DNA from: Chlamydiales bacterium
GTDB lineage: Bacteria; Chlamydiota; Chlamydiia; Chlamydiales; JBDQID01
Assembly (NCBI GenBank): GCA_047611865.1
Contig: JBLFWS010000001.1
Coordinates: 1-64,000 of the forward strand
Reading direction: 5' to 3'
DNA: 64,000 bases
Each line of letters starts with the position of its first letter. The first letter of the stretch is position 1. The notes under the pieces are model-generated. The model saw nothing but the letters and a program-made list of their open reading frames with translations, was not told the DNA's origin and searched no databases. Positions 39,977 through 50,281 of this stretch are shown piece after piece. The position numbers were made by a program, and so were the translations under genes.

Positions 39977-40975
39977 CTAAGGCTTATGAATATATTCTAA
40001 GGGCTGCCTTTGAATTGATTTCCAATTTTTTTCAACCCAGCCAACCATCTCACCAACACCTTCCTCAATTCCAATCTTGGGCTTCCATCCAAGCTCCTGC
40101 CGAGCTTTAGAAGAATCAATCACATAAGCAGCATCTTGCCCTAGTCTTTCTTTTACAATACGCGTAGACGAGTTGAAATCATATCTCATTGCGGAACAAA
40201 TGTGTTTAACAAGCTCATTCACTTTAATTCCTTGATCGGGAGATAAGTGGTAGATTTCTCCTACTCTTCCATTCTCCATTATGGCTAATTCTCCAATAGA
40301 AACATCACGAATATGAATATAAGACTTTATAGCCTCTCCTCCTCCATGCAGCTCTATTTTCCGATCCGATTTCAAATATATCGCTGATCGTGGAATAATC
40401 TTAAATAGTTGTTGACGAACACCATAAACATTCGTAGCTCTCACAAAAGTCACAGGGAAATCAAAGTTTTTATAGTATGTTAAAAGAGAAAGGTCACCTC
40501 CAGCCTTTGATGCTGCATAGGGAGTACTAGGATTTAATGGTGCCTCTTCCTTAACGTTACCTGAGCAAGCCCCGTAGACTTCTGGTGAAGATATATGTAC
40601 ATACTTCTTTAAGTAGCTTTTACCTTTAAGCATATGAGTAAGCTTCGTTACAGCTACAACATTTGTTTGATACCAATGCTCTGGGTGCTCCCAACTTGGG
40701 GCAACCTCACTCTGCGCTGCAAAATTTACTATATATTCAGGTTCAAACTCATCCAAAAGACTAGATAATTTATCTATCTCATGATTTAAATCTATCTGAT
40801 GATACCGAAAGTCTTCGGAAGAACTAAGGCTTTCTGCCAGAAAAAGCTTATTTTTCATTGCAGATCGACTAACACCCAATACATTAAATCTTTCTTCCTT
40901 CAACAAAAGGTCTATAAAATCGATAGCAGAAAAACTATTACTTCCAATTACACAAACTCTATTTTTCCCTGTCAT
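39977..40975 (-). CDS. NDP-sugar 4,6-dehydratase-like extended SDR
   Basis: GSNSFSA (atypical Gly motif), NFAAQSEV..SW, SSPEVYG, PSTPYAASK, NVYG. Confidence 0.8.
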   Translation of the reverse strand: MTGKNRVCVIGSNSFSAIDFIDLLLKEERFNVLGVSRSAMKNKLFLAESLSSSEDFRYHQIDLNHEIDKLSSLLDEFEPEYIVNFAAQSEVAPSWEHPEHWYQTNVVAVTKLTHMLKGKSYLKKYVHISSPEVYGACSGNVKEEAPLNPSTPYAASKAGGDLSLLTYYKNFDFPVTFVRATNVYGVRQQLFKIIPRSAIYLKSDRKIELHGGGEAIKSYIHIRDVSIGELAIMENGRVGEIYHLSPDQGIKVNELVKHICSAMRYDFNSSTRIVKERLGQDAAYVIDSSKARQELGWKPKIGIEEGVGEMVGWVEKNWKSIQRQPLEYIHKP

Positions 40976-41011
40976 ATCACGACCTTAATAATTTCAAAGT
41001 TACAAAAACCT

Positions 41012-42007
41012 TTAAAGATTTAATTCCTGCATTGTTTTTATATTATAGTATTTTTTGTCCTCAAAAGCCTTCGGAACCCTTCCTTGATTGAATGCCTTAA
41101 GGAGTGATTCTATAGCATCACCGATACTGTATCTTGGACAAAACCCCAATTCTTCTTTAATTTTTGCGGATGAAATATGATAAGAACGCAAATCGTCAGT
41201 AGGGGTCGTCTCCGTAAGCACATCATCACCTACACGACTTTGAACCATTTCTGCAATTTCTTTTATCGAATGGTTTTCATACCCCGCATTATAAACCTTG
41301 CCGTCAATCAAACTTGAAGGAAGCTCAAGAGTCCTAACATAGAGGTCCGACATATCTTCAACATGAATGTTAGGACGAAGTTGCTCGCCACCAAAAACCT
41401 TAATTTTCCGCTTATTTACAGCATGATTTGTCAAAATATTCACTGTAAGATCCAGCCTCAACCTCGGAGCATACCCACACACTGTTGCTGGCCTAATGAT
41501 TAGTGTCGAGAACCCCGTTGTCTTTTTCTCCAATAAGACATCTTCACACATAGCCTTATACTTCGAATAATCCGTCAAAGGTTGCAAAGAGAGTTCTTCG
41601 GTAACATTGAGTTCTGATTTGATGCCATACACACTCGAAGAAGAAGCGTAAATAAAACGCGAGACACCGCTTTCTTTTGATATATCCACTAATGGACCAA
41701 AAGCGTCATAATTGATAGCACGTCCCAATTCTGGATTCAATTCAAAGCTTGGGTCGTTGGAAATACAGGCTAGATGGATTACCGCCTCACAACCCGGAAG
41801 TATATTCTGAAGCAAACCTTGATCTCGAATATCCCCATTTATTAATTCAAGTCTTTCATGACCCTTTACCTGATCAAGGGCTTCCACTCCAAAGAAAAAG
41901 AGATCTAAAACTTTGACTCGATACCCTTTATCCAAAAGTTTCGGAATCAATGCAGAACCTACATATCCCGCACCTCCCGTAACCAAAACTGATTTAATTG
42001 TATCCAT
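41012..42007 (-). CDS. NAD-dependent epimerase/dehydratase
   Basis: VTGGAGYVG, HLACISND, ASSSSVYG, YSKYK, RPATVCG. Confidence 0.9.
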   Translation of the reverse strand: MDTIKSVLVTGGAGYVGSALIPKLLDKGYRVKVLDLFFFGVEALDQVKGHERLELINGDIRDQGLLQNILPGCEAVIHLACISNDPSFELNPELGRAINYDAFGPLVDISKESGVSRFIYASSSSVYGIKSELNVTEELSLQPLTDYSKYKAMCEDVLLEKKTTGFSTLIIRPATVCGYAPRLRLDLTVNILTNHAVNKRKIKVFGGEQLRPNIHVEDMSDLYVRTLELPSSLIDGKVYNAGYENHSIKEIAEMVQSRVGDDVLTETTPTDDLRSYHISSAKIKEELGFCPRYSIGDAIESLLKAFNQGRVPKAFEDKKYYNIKTMQELNL

Positions 42008-42036
42008 TTCACAGGCCCTTCAAGCTACGTTTACCT

Positions 42037-42633
42037 CTATTTCACGGCAAGACGATCTGTTAAATAATGACAAAAGACAGAATGCGACAATTCCACCATC
42101 CCATATGATGAAGATGGCATATAGAAATTTAACTCGCCGATCTGACGGAGGACATTATCAGGAGAAAATCCTGAAAAAGTAATTACTTTCATTCCTTTCT
42201 CATTGGCCATCTCAACTGCTTTTATTATATTTTCAGACTGGCCCGAGCTACTAACCGCTATAAGTAAGTCCCCTTTTGTCCCATGAAGAGATATTTGCCA
42301 GGCAAAAGCCACATCATAGCCTTCATCATTCGTCAAGGCTGTTAAAAGGCTTTGCTCTGTGCAAACCATGGCTGGAATTTCATCACATTTACATAGATCA
42401 TTACTCACGTGAGCTACGAGAGCTGAGCTTCCCCCGTTCCCAACCAAAATAACCTTTTTTCCTTTAGATTTTACATGTCGTAACATTACGACCGCTCTAT
42501 CACTTGCTTGGTCTATTGGAAGCTCAACATCCATATCATCAGTTGCAATGCATGATTCCAGAACATCTAACAAGTTCCTGCCATAGATCTTTACTTTTTT
42601 CTCTTTTTTCGTCGCCGCACTAACCATGTTCAC
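42037..42633 (-). CDS. SIS-domain phosphosugar isomerase (GmhA-like)
   Basis: GNGGSSA, LTALTNDEGY, AVSSSGQSENI, YGMVE..H. Confidence 0.85.
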   Translation of the reverse strand: MNMVSAATKKEKKVKIYGRNLLDVLESCIATDDMDVELPIDQASDRAVVMLRHVKSKGKKVILVGNGGSSALVAHVSNDLCKCDEIPAMVCTEQSLLTALTNDEGYDVAFAWQISLHGTKGDLLIAVSSSGQSENIIKAVEMANEKGMKVITFSGFSPDNVLRQIGELNFYMPSSSYGMVELSHSVFCHYLTDRLAVK

Positions 42634-42639
42634 CTACAA

Positions 42640-44196
42640 TTACTTTAGACAATGTTCAAGGGATCTCAGTAAAGCATCTCTATTAACTGAAGACTTATTT
42701 CCTACCGTTTGCACAGCTTGGAAACCCACAGCGTTTCCAATCAACCCCACAACTTGAAGGGGAATGTTTTGCTGCGAGCAAAGCGAGGCTACAGCCAATA
42801 CGGAATCACCCGCCCCTACTCTATCAACAGTTTTACCCATAAATGCAGGAACTTCAACAAAGCCTTCCTTCGGACCGTAGCAGATTACGCCCTCCACTCC
42901 TCTTGTCACGATGATTTTAGATCCCCCTAGCTTTTCTGAGACTTCTCTAATAATATCTTTTAATGGCCGCCTCTTACTTCGGACATCGATGCGTATTTCA
43001 TTTTCAGAAATACTCACGAAATCTGCTCGTGGATACTTGGAGATCGTATTAAATGCCTGATTCCCAGCATTAACCTGTGTATTTACCGCTAGGAACTTAG
43101 CTTTCTCAGCTAGAAGATTGACAGCTTCCGGACTCATCATCCCATGTCCATAGTCTGTTACAATAACAACATCGTAATCCGCAACTATCTCATCCAATTT
43201 GCTACACAAGGCACTAGAATCATCCGGACTTCCCTCATCATTATCCATCATGTAAACTTCAAAAAGTTTTTGAAGAGGGTAGCTTTCTAAAAACCGTCGT
43301 TTTACAATCGTTGTTTTACCTTTCGCCATTTTAAGAAAATGTGAAGTTACTTTTGGATCTAGTCTTTCACCGATAAAATCTTCATAGGACTTCTCTGATC
43401 CAAGGAAAGTCACGACATCTACATGTTGAGAAAAACCTGCAACGTGGTTTGCTACAGCAAGAACCCCTCCAATAAAAGTTTCTTTTCTTTCGTAGCAAGC
43501 TGCCAAAATGGGATCTTTTCCAGGCTTGCCCATTGTTCGACAAAAGTGATAATCATCAATAATCGCATCACCAACCAAAAGAACTTTCAAGGATTTCAAT
43601 TTCTCAATATAATTTTCTATGCCTTGGTAAGTATAACTTTTCGCAAATTCTTTAATAAATGCACTCATTTCAGAAGAGAAAATTGGCAGGTATTTGTTGA
43701 TCAAACTAGAAGAGGAAAAGGTAATTTCTTCGGTATAGAAAATTTCCCCACCAACAGATTCAACAGCCTCCTTCTCCAGAACAATTCCGCCTGTTTTATC
43801 TTGTGTAGCCTCTTTATAGTCCCTCCCCTTTGCATAAAAATCAGGCTGAAGCAACTTGATTGTTTCCACAGCATTTGGCCATTGATTAATAGAAACATAA
43901 TCAACAAATCCTAACGCTGCCATAGCTTCGGCACGAAGATTCTCTTCGAATGCTGGACGATTAGGCCCTTTATTGACGTAACAATCAGGAGTTAACGTAA
44001 CAACAAGAATATCTCCTGGCTGTTTTGCTTTTTTTAGATGCCGGATATGCCCCACATGCAATAGGTCAAAAACACCATGACAAAGAACGATCTTTTTCCC
44101 CTCTTTTTTAAGGGAAAAAAGAATATCCTTCAGCTCAGTAAGCTGCTTTATACCCCCTGCCGAATCCATGCTTTCATTTGACACCAAATTATCCAT
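42640..44196 (-). CDS. bifunctional nucleotidyltransferase plus PfkB kinase (HldE/RfaE-like, nucleotidyltransferase first)
   Basis: N-terminal HGVFDLLHVGH, KGRDY; C-terminal VGDAIID, DYGHG, VTRG, DRVGAGD. Confidence 0.85.
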   Translation of the reverse strand: MDNLVSNESMDSAGGIKQLTELKDILFSLKKEGKKIVLCHGVFDLLHVGHIRHLKKAKQPGDILVVTLTPDCYVNKGPNRPAFEENLRAEAMAALGFVDYVSINQWPNAVETIKLLQPDFYAKGRDYKEATQDKTGGIVLEKEAVESVGGEIFYTEEITFSSSSLINKYLPIFSSEMSAFIKEFAKSYTYQGIENYIEKLKSLKVLLVGDAIIDDYHFCRTMGKPGKDPILAACYERKETFIGGVLAVANHVAGFSQHVDVVTFLGSEKSYEDFIGERLDPKVTSHFLKMAKGKTTIVKRRFLESYPLQKLFEVYMMDNDEGSPDDSSALCSKLDEIVADYDVVIVTDYGHGMMSPEAVNLLAEKAKFLAVNTQVNAGNQAFNTISKYPRADFVSISENEIRIDVRSKRRPLKDIIREVSEKLGGSKIIVTRGVEGVICYGPKEGFVEVPAFMGKTVDRVGAGDSVLAVASLCSQQNIPLQVVGLIGNAVGFQAVQTVGNKSSVNRDALLRSLEHCLK

Positions 44197-44334
44197 ACCT
44201 TAAATCCTTGAATTCTCTGGCGATGGGTATAAGATAGTTCTCTTCTTGATTATGAATAAACCATTTTTTAATAATAGTCCGCAAGTTTTATTCTCAAGTT
44301 TTCTTTATTGTCCACCTTGCTAAGAGAATCATTT

Positions 44335-45330
44335 CTACTCAAGAAAAGCAAACCAATCTTTAGTCGCTGCAGATATTCCCTTTTCGTCCCAAACGGGAGC
44401 TGTTTTCCACTGCTCTATCCTTTCAAGCATTTCCTGTACTCCTATCTCAAAAGAAACTGAGGGATTCCAGGCTAATGTTTTTTGTATCTTTTTGATGTCC
44501 GCAAAAGTACTGTCAGGCTCCCCTGGGCGTTTAGGAATATGCACAACATCTCCCCCAAGAAGAGAAACAAGGTGGTTGATAGAATAAGTCCCTCCTGACC
44601 CTACATTTAAAGCTTCTCCAACGACATCAGATTCTGCTGCTCTAACAAAAGCCCTAACCACATCATCTACATAAGTAAAATCACGAGTTTGCTGACCGTC
44701 TCCAACAACAGTTAGTGGTTTATTTGCGAGCTTCTGAGCAAGAAATACCCCAAAGACAGCCCCGTAGGTCCCCGAGGTCCTCGAACGTGGTCCGAAAACA
44801 TTAAAAAGTCTCAGTGAAACAACTGGAAGTTTATATATCTTATGCCAATGAAAAGCATATTGCTCTCCTATATACTTAGTAAAAGCGTAAGGATACATAG
44901 GTTGAATCGCGGCTGTTTCTGAAGTTGGAAAAGATTCAGGAATTCCGTAACAAGAAGAGGAAGCCGTATAAACAAATCGCTTTACCTTTGCTTGCCTGGA
45001 AGCCTCCAAAACCGCCACTGTACCATCAACATTTGCCTTATGATAATCTAAAGGCATCTGAATCGAAGGTACGATGTCCGCCAAGGCCGCTAAGTGAAAA
45101 ACATAGTCTATACCAACGAAGTAATCTTTAATGCCCATTAAATCACTAACATCTACCTGATGAAACTGAAGGTTTTCTGATAACTGGGGAAGGTTTTCTC
45201 TCTTTCCTGTTGCAAGATTATCTAAAACAGTAACATTCGCTTCTTGTTTCAATAAACTTTCAACGAGATGACTCCCTATGAAACCCGCCCCACCAGTAAC
45301 CAATACTCTCTTTCCACGCAAATCTTTCAT
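44335..45330 (-). CDS. NAD-dependent NDP-sugar epimerase
   Basis: VTGGAGFIGSHL, FHLAA, ASSSCYG, YAFTK, RLFNVFGP, GDGQQTRDFTYV. Confidence 0.9.
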   Translation of the reverse strand: MKDLRGKRVLVTGGAGFIGSHLVESLLKQEANVTVLDNLATGKRENLPQLSENLQFHQVDVSDLMGIKDYFVGIDYVFHLAALADIVPSIQMPLDYHKANVDGTVAVLEASRQAKVKRFVYTASSSCYGIPESFPTSETAAIQPMYPYAFTKYIGEQYAFHWHKIYKLPVVSLRLFNVFGPRSRTSGTYGAVFGVFLAQKLANKPLTVVGDGQQTRDFTYVDDVVRAFVRAAESDVVGEALNVGSGGTYSINHLVSLLGGDVVHIPKRPGEPDSTFADIKKIQKTLAWNPSVSFEIGVQEMLERIEQWKTAPVWDEKGISAATKDWFAFLE

Positions 45331-45633
45331 GTCATCATTCCAGTAAAAGCCAAAGGCTTAAATTAAACTTTTTTGTATATTCCGTACAGCTCCTTTCTTG
45401 CTTCAGTCCCCGAATTCTTAGTTTAATTAGCGAAATTTACGGATATTAACCCATTACAAACCTAGTACATAAACAACTAATAATTAATAGCTTTACTTCA
45501 AACAGGCATTGTTTTATATATAGAATATTTACAACGTGCTATAGTCACTTCACTCCCGACTCCTATCACAATGCTGATAAGAAAAACTTAAAGTACTCAT
45601 TACCAATTAACTACTTAAAAAAAGTGTTTTTTT

Positions 45634-47388
45634 ATGGATAGAATCTTAGCAAAACGTTTCTGCTCTTTTACCTACCTAAATATCACCCAATTTCTAGGAG
45701 CCTTAAACGATACCTTCTTCAAATTTTTGATCGCTTTCTTTTTGATAAATCTCCAAGGGTCTGAGTACAGCGCCACGATTATGTCTTATACCGGCGCAGC
45801 AATCGTTCTCCCCTTCCTAATTTTCTCTGCTACAGCCGGAAAACTTGCTGATTGCTTCAGCAAAAGAAACATCATCGTTTACAGCAAAATTATGGAAGTT
45901 ATTGTCATGTCTCTAGGGACTCTTTCTTTTGCTATCAAGTCACCAGTAGGATGCTACACAACACTTTTCCTCATGGGACTTCAAAGCACGATTTTCAGCC
46001 CCTCTAAATATGGAATTGTCCCAGAACTTGTAAGCTCCGACAGAATTACCAAAGCCAATGGGATACTTACAGCCTTTTCTATTGTCGCTGTTATTTCTGG
46101 TGGTTTTCTTGCCTCTGCTATTACAGACCTATCTGGAAAACACTTTGTCCTTTCATCATGTCTCTGTACAAGCTTTGCAGTAATCGGCCTCCTCTCTAGC
46201 CTCTATATCGAAGCAACTCCTGCTGCCGGAGAAAGGAAAAAAGCCACTCCATTTTTTATCTACGAAATCTACCAAACTTTTGTAATTGCCAGACAACAAA
46301 ACCGCCTCTTCGTTGCGCTTCTTGGATGTTCCTTTTTTCTATTTGTCGGAGCTTTCATACAAATGAATATCATCACCTTTGGTATTGAATCTCTTGGTCT
46401 TAGCGAAGTGCAAGGCGGCTACCTCTTCTTACTCACAGCATTAGGAATAGGTACTGGCTCCATCCTTGCGGGAAAGCTTTCTGGAACTCATGTTGAACTA
46501 GGACTCGTCCCTATCGGGGGGCTTGGTATCGCTATCACCTTTTTGCTACTTCACAGCTACAGTGATAACTTAAACGCCGTTATTCCTTTACTCATATTAC
46601 TAGGTTTATTTGGTGGAATCTTCGAAGTCCCACTCGAATCCTATATACAAGCAGCAAGCCCAGAAAAATACCGGGGACAGATGATTGCTGCTGCAAACTC
46701 CCTTGGTTTCCTATGTGTCTTTGGTGCCTCTGGATTTATTTACGCAAACACGAATATTCTTGGGCTACAGGCCAGCCAAGCCTTCGCCTTTATGGGAATC
46801 ATTACACTCGTTTGCTCATTCGCCTTTATGATAGCTACCCTAGATTATTTTGTACGTTTCCTCGCCTTTGCTGTTACACGCCTTTGCTTTCGGGTAACGA
46901 TATCCAATGAAGATGAATCTACCGATAACTCTCCCTCTATTATCCTCTGCAACCGCCCGTCTTCATGGATAGACACCCTTCTATTGACAGCTATACAAAA
47001 ACCTCCCCTCAGGTTTCTAATTGAAAGCTCTAATTATGACAAAAAGGCTCTTACTTTTTTATGCCGCATTATGCGAATCATTCTTATTCCCGCCACACAC
47101 TCTCCTGAGCAAAAGCAGCGCATTTATACAGAAGCCACTACATCTCTTAGCGAGGGATACACCGTATGCCTGTTTACTAAGTCCAAGGACCTCCCCGCAG
47201 AAGAAAATAACCGATTTGTTGAAGAAATTCAGAATACCTTTACTAAAGCTGGACACACAATTATTCCTGTAAGAATCAATGAAAAGCCCGCTCAACCTCC
47301 AGCCGGAAAGATGACAAGTCTTTTAAAAGAATTCCCCTGGCACGTCACAATTGGTATTGGATCTGACGAAGAACCTAAGGAAAGTTAA
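45634..47388 (+). CDS. LplT/Aas-like MFS lysophospholipid transporter with a degenerate C-terminal PlsC domain
   Basis: TQFLGALNDTFFK, AGKLAD.FSKR, FSPSKYGIVPEL; ~12 TMs; C-terminal IILCNRPSSWID. Confidence 0.8.
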   Translation: MDRILAKRFCSFTYLNITQFLGALNDTFFKFLIAFFLINLQGSEYSATIMSYTGAAIVLPFLIFSATAGKLADCFSKRNIIVYSKIMEVIVMSLGTLSFAIKSPVGCYTTLFLMGLQSTIFSPSKYGIVPELVSSDRITKANGILTAFSIVAVISGGFLASAITDLSGKHFVLSSCLCTSFAVIGLLSSLYIEATPAAGERKKATPFFIYEIYQTFVIARQQNRLFVALLGCSFFLFVGAFIQMNIITFGIESLGLSEVQGGYLFLLTALGIGTGSILAGKLSGTHVELGLVPIGGLGIAITFLLLHSYSDNLNAVIPLLILLGLFGGIFEVPLESYIQAASPEKYRGQMIAAANSLGFLCVFGASGFIYANTNILGLQASQAFAFMGIITLVCSFAFMIATLDYFVRFLAFAVTRLCFRVTISNEDESTDNSPSIILCNRPSSWIDTLLLTAIQKPPLRFLIESSNYDKKALTFLCRIMRIILIPATHSPEQKQRIYTEATTSLSEGYTVCLFTKSKDLPAEENNRFVEEIQNTFTKAGHTIIPVRINEKPAQPPAGKMTSLLKEFPWHVTIGIGSDEEPKES

Positions 47389-47397
47389 AAACTTTCA

Positions 47398-49134
47398 TTA
47401 TGACATAAGCATGTCTGAATGGATTTTGTTGAAGCCATATTTTGATGCAATGGCTAGTGCTGTTTCTCCATTTTCTGTCATCTCATATGGATCGGCCCCT
47501 TTCTCAAGTAAGTAATGGACCATCTTCCTCTGACCATAGCCTGCAGCTGTATGAAGAAGAGACCAGCCTTTATCATCTCTAGTCGATAAAAGGTTTATCC
47601 CATGACCATCAAATAGCTTTATTAATTTCATTGACCCATTTTCTACTGCCGTAAAAATGGGAGATGATATTCCCATTCCAGTAAATGAAGAACGGGGATC
47701 AGCTCCTACTTTAAGGAGCTTTCCGATCATTTCATACTTATCTTCTCGAACAGCCCATTGAAGAGGTGTTAAGCCATTTTTCATGGGCATGTCCGGGTGG
47801 ACTCCGAAATCTTTTAAGCATTCAACAACTTCTTTTCTCTCAAAATTTGCGGCCCCAAACAACAAACCCATTTCGTCTTCTAATGGGCCACCTTTTTCAA
47901 ACAGAAATTTCACAATATCTATGTGGCCCTTTTGCACCGCTACTTCTATCGGTAAAATCATTGTTTCACTGCTACTGTTTATCTTCAAAGGTTCAGCTTC
48001 TTTTTCAAATAAAAGCTGGAGCATCTCTAGGTCCCCTTTATAAGCCGCGCTAAAAATTGGATTTGCCAAGCTAAGCTTACTCGAATTGAGATTCAGAATT
48101 CTTTCTAAAATCTGTCGCTTCTCATCTTTATTTTCCGCTGGACCCTCACTTTTACAAAACTCTTTAAAGCTCAGTGTTAAAAAAGGCTCATTTTTCTTAT
48201 TCAGATTTTTTACGATGTCTTTAGTAAGCAGATCAACACTTAGAGCTTTCTCAGGTTTCTTTGAATTGTTAGGATCATAAAAATAATATGACTCTCCATC
48301 AGAATAAACTCCACAAGCGTGACTGGTCGTCTTTGAGCTCTGTGTTATTTCAATATATTTTTCTTCTCCTGAATCAAGCCTTTCCTCAAAAAATGCCGAT
48401 AGACTCGCATACTCTCCTGATTCATTGGGAGAAAATGGTGCGACAAAATTAAATGATTCATTGCAGCCTTTAATTTCTTCTCTGTCTGAAATAAGCTTTA
48501 GCTTATCAAAGTCCTGAGTCACTCCATTGCTGTCAGGAAACGACTGTAAAAAAATCATCTGGCCTACTAAGTTTTCAATTTCATTTCTCCGATCTTGAGA
48601 AACTTCTGAAATTTCACCATTTGCAATCAACTCAAGATCCTTATAAAAATCCTCAACTCCATTTGTAAGCATATGATAAGCCCACAAACTAGATAGGCCG
48701 TAGCAATGTCCCTGTTCTATATCTGAATAAAGTTTGATTCCTCCCTGTGAATCAAAATGTTTTTTCACGTTATCTAAGAGATTGTCCTGTGAAAAATCAG
48801 TAGGAAGCTCAGTTCTCTCCCATCGCCCGAACCCGTTGTTCACCGAAAAGTCCAATACTTTTATAACAAGATCTTGCTTCTTATGTGCTTCAATTTCTCC
48901 AAAGATCTCATTAATCCTCATTGTAGTCGGATCACTCATAGAGTTCTCAAGCTTCGCCTCAATTGACTCAGCATCGTGACCGGGGCAGTTAACAAAGATA
49001 AAATCTGAAACATCTGCCAGAAAATTCTGAAGCTTTTCACCCTCTGCACTTCCTAGATCCTTGGATTTATCCATAAAATTCAGCCAGTTAGAAACATCCA
49101 TATGGTAAGTAGTTTGAGCTTGTACGCCTGCCAT
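47398..49134 (-). CDS. YopT/C58-like cysteine protease domain plus C-terminal ankyrin repeats
   Basis: GHCYGLSSLW, SHACGV, YFYDPN; ankyrin motifs GLTPLQWAV, GWSLLHTAAGYG, GETALAIA; start at ATG 49134 after AGGAG. Confidence 0.75.
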   Translation of the reverse strand: MAGVQAQTTYHMDVSNWLNFMDKSKDLGSAEGEKLQNFLADVSDFIFVNCPGHDAESIEAKLENSMSDPTTMRINEIFGEIEAHKKQDLVIKVLDFSVNNGFGRWERTELPTDFSQDNLLDNVKKHFDSQGGIKLYSDIEQGHCYGLSSLWAYHMLTNGVEDFYKDLELIANGEISEVSQDRRNEIENLVGQMIFLQSFPDSNGVTQDFDKLKLISDREEIKGCNESFNFVAPFSPNESGEYASLSAFFEERLDSGEEKYIEITQSSKTTSHACGVYSDGESYYFYDPNNSKKPEKALSVDLLTKDIVKNLNKKNEPFLTLSFKEFCKSEGPAENKDEKRQILERILNLNSSKLSLANPIFSAAYKGDLEMLQLLFEKEAEPLKINSSSETMILPIEVAVQKGHIDIVKFLFEKGGPLEDEMGLLFGAANFERKEVVECLKDFGVHPDMPMKNGLTPLQWAVREDKYEMIGKLLKVGADPRSSFTGMGISSPIFTAVENGSMKLIKLFDGHGINLLSTRDDKGWSLLHTAAGYGQRKMVHYLLEKGADPYEMTENGETALAIASKYGFNKIHSDMLMS

Positions 49135-49331
49135 CCCTATTCTCCTTAATAACAATATAACTACAATATTAACATCGCCGAATTAACTATACGTAAAGGC
49201 TTTGTTTAGTTTTGTACAATTTAGACGTAAAACCTTTACAGATTGTTATTAATTACTTAACAAAGTATTCATATTCACCCTGTATAATGTAACTATTATA
49301 GTTAAACCTATATCAAGGGAAATGGAAAGCC

Positions 49332-49979
49332 ATGATCAATAGCCTTTCAAACTCATTACAAGAATATGAAATCGTTGGCTCAATTCAGGATCGGCGCAAC
49401 GAAGAATTCCCAAAACATTCCGAGTCTTATGGCAATATCATTAATAACTTCCTCAAAGACATGAAACAGCTCGAGAACAAAACTGGCGTTGTTATAGGTG
49501 TCGGCAACAAACAAGCCCAATGGGCAGATAAGGGCTGGGAAACCCTGGATATTGACAGCACATATAACCCTACTTTCGTTATGAGCGCTGACAACATGGT
49601 AGAAATTAAAGATGAAACAAAAGACGTTCTTTTAGCCGAACACCTTCGAATTAGTCGTTTTGTTGATGGCAAGCAACTGCCTGGAGCAAACCCTCAACAG
49701 TTTATCGAAGAAGCTCACCGAATCTTAAAGACAGGCGGCCAACTAATTATTAAAACAGTAGACCATAACGACGGGTTTACTTACGACCCAAACAGTCAGT
49801 CAACTTGGTACACAACTGCCATCCCCAAAAAGAAACTATTCACCGAATGGCTCCAAAAGGACGATAAATTTGATGTCGTAATCTTAAAAGGACAATTTCG
49901 CCAAACCAATGCTATTGTAGGGGAGGGATCAAATATTCCCGCTCAGAGAAAGATCTTTTATATTGCTGAAAAAAAATAG
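49332..49979 (+). CDS. divergent class I methyltransferase-fold protein
   Basis: VVIGVG, TLDID, DVLLAEH, FIEEAHRILKTGGQLII. Confidence 0.6.
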   Translation: MINSLSNSLQEYEIVGSIQDRRNEEFPKHSESYGNIINNFLKDMKQLENKTGVVIGVGNKQAQWADKGWETLDIDSTYNPTFVMSADNMVEIKDETKDVLLAEHLRISRFVDGKQLPGANPQQFIEEAHRILKTGGQLIIKTVDHNDGFTYDPNSQSTWYTTAIPKKKLFTEWLQKDDKFDVVILKGQFRQTNAIVGEGSNIPAQRKIFYIAEKK

Positions 49980-49984
49980 CGTTC

Positions 49985-50281
49985 TTATTCGTTCCCCGTG
50001 GAATCCTCTTGCTGATTTACACCGGAAGAGTCTCTTTCTTCAACAACATGCTCATAAAGCTTTGTATTGGCAGCCCTTTCCAGCTCCTGCCAATAGCCAC
50101 GATCCATCCAACCATGGCTGCCATTCCAATAGCTACAAAACCAAAGTATCCCCCAGATGGGAAGAACTACATAAGTGATCTTCAAAAAAGTCGGGATTCC
50201 GACATCATCAAACTCGTCAACCTCATCCTTGCCAAAATGCACAACATGATGTTGCTCCTCGTGTTGATACTCTTCAAACAT
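49985..50281 (-). CDS. CcoP/FixP N-terminal-like membrane anchor with no heme motif
   Basis: HFGKDEVDEFDDVGIPTFLKITYVVLPIWG resembles FixP_N (H.FDGIEEYDNPLP.W); last gene of the cbb3 operon. Confidence 0.6.
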   Translation of the reverse strand: MFEEYQHEEQHHVVHFGKDEVDEFDDVGIPTFLKITYVVLPIWGILWFCSYWNGSHGWMDRGYWQELERAANTKLYEHVVEERDSSGVNQQEDSTGNE

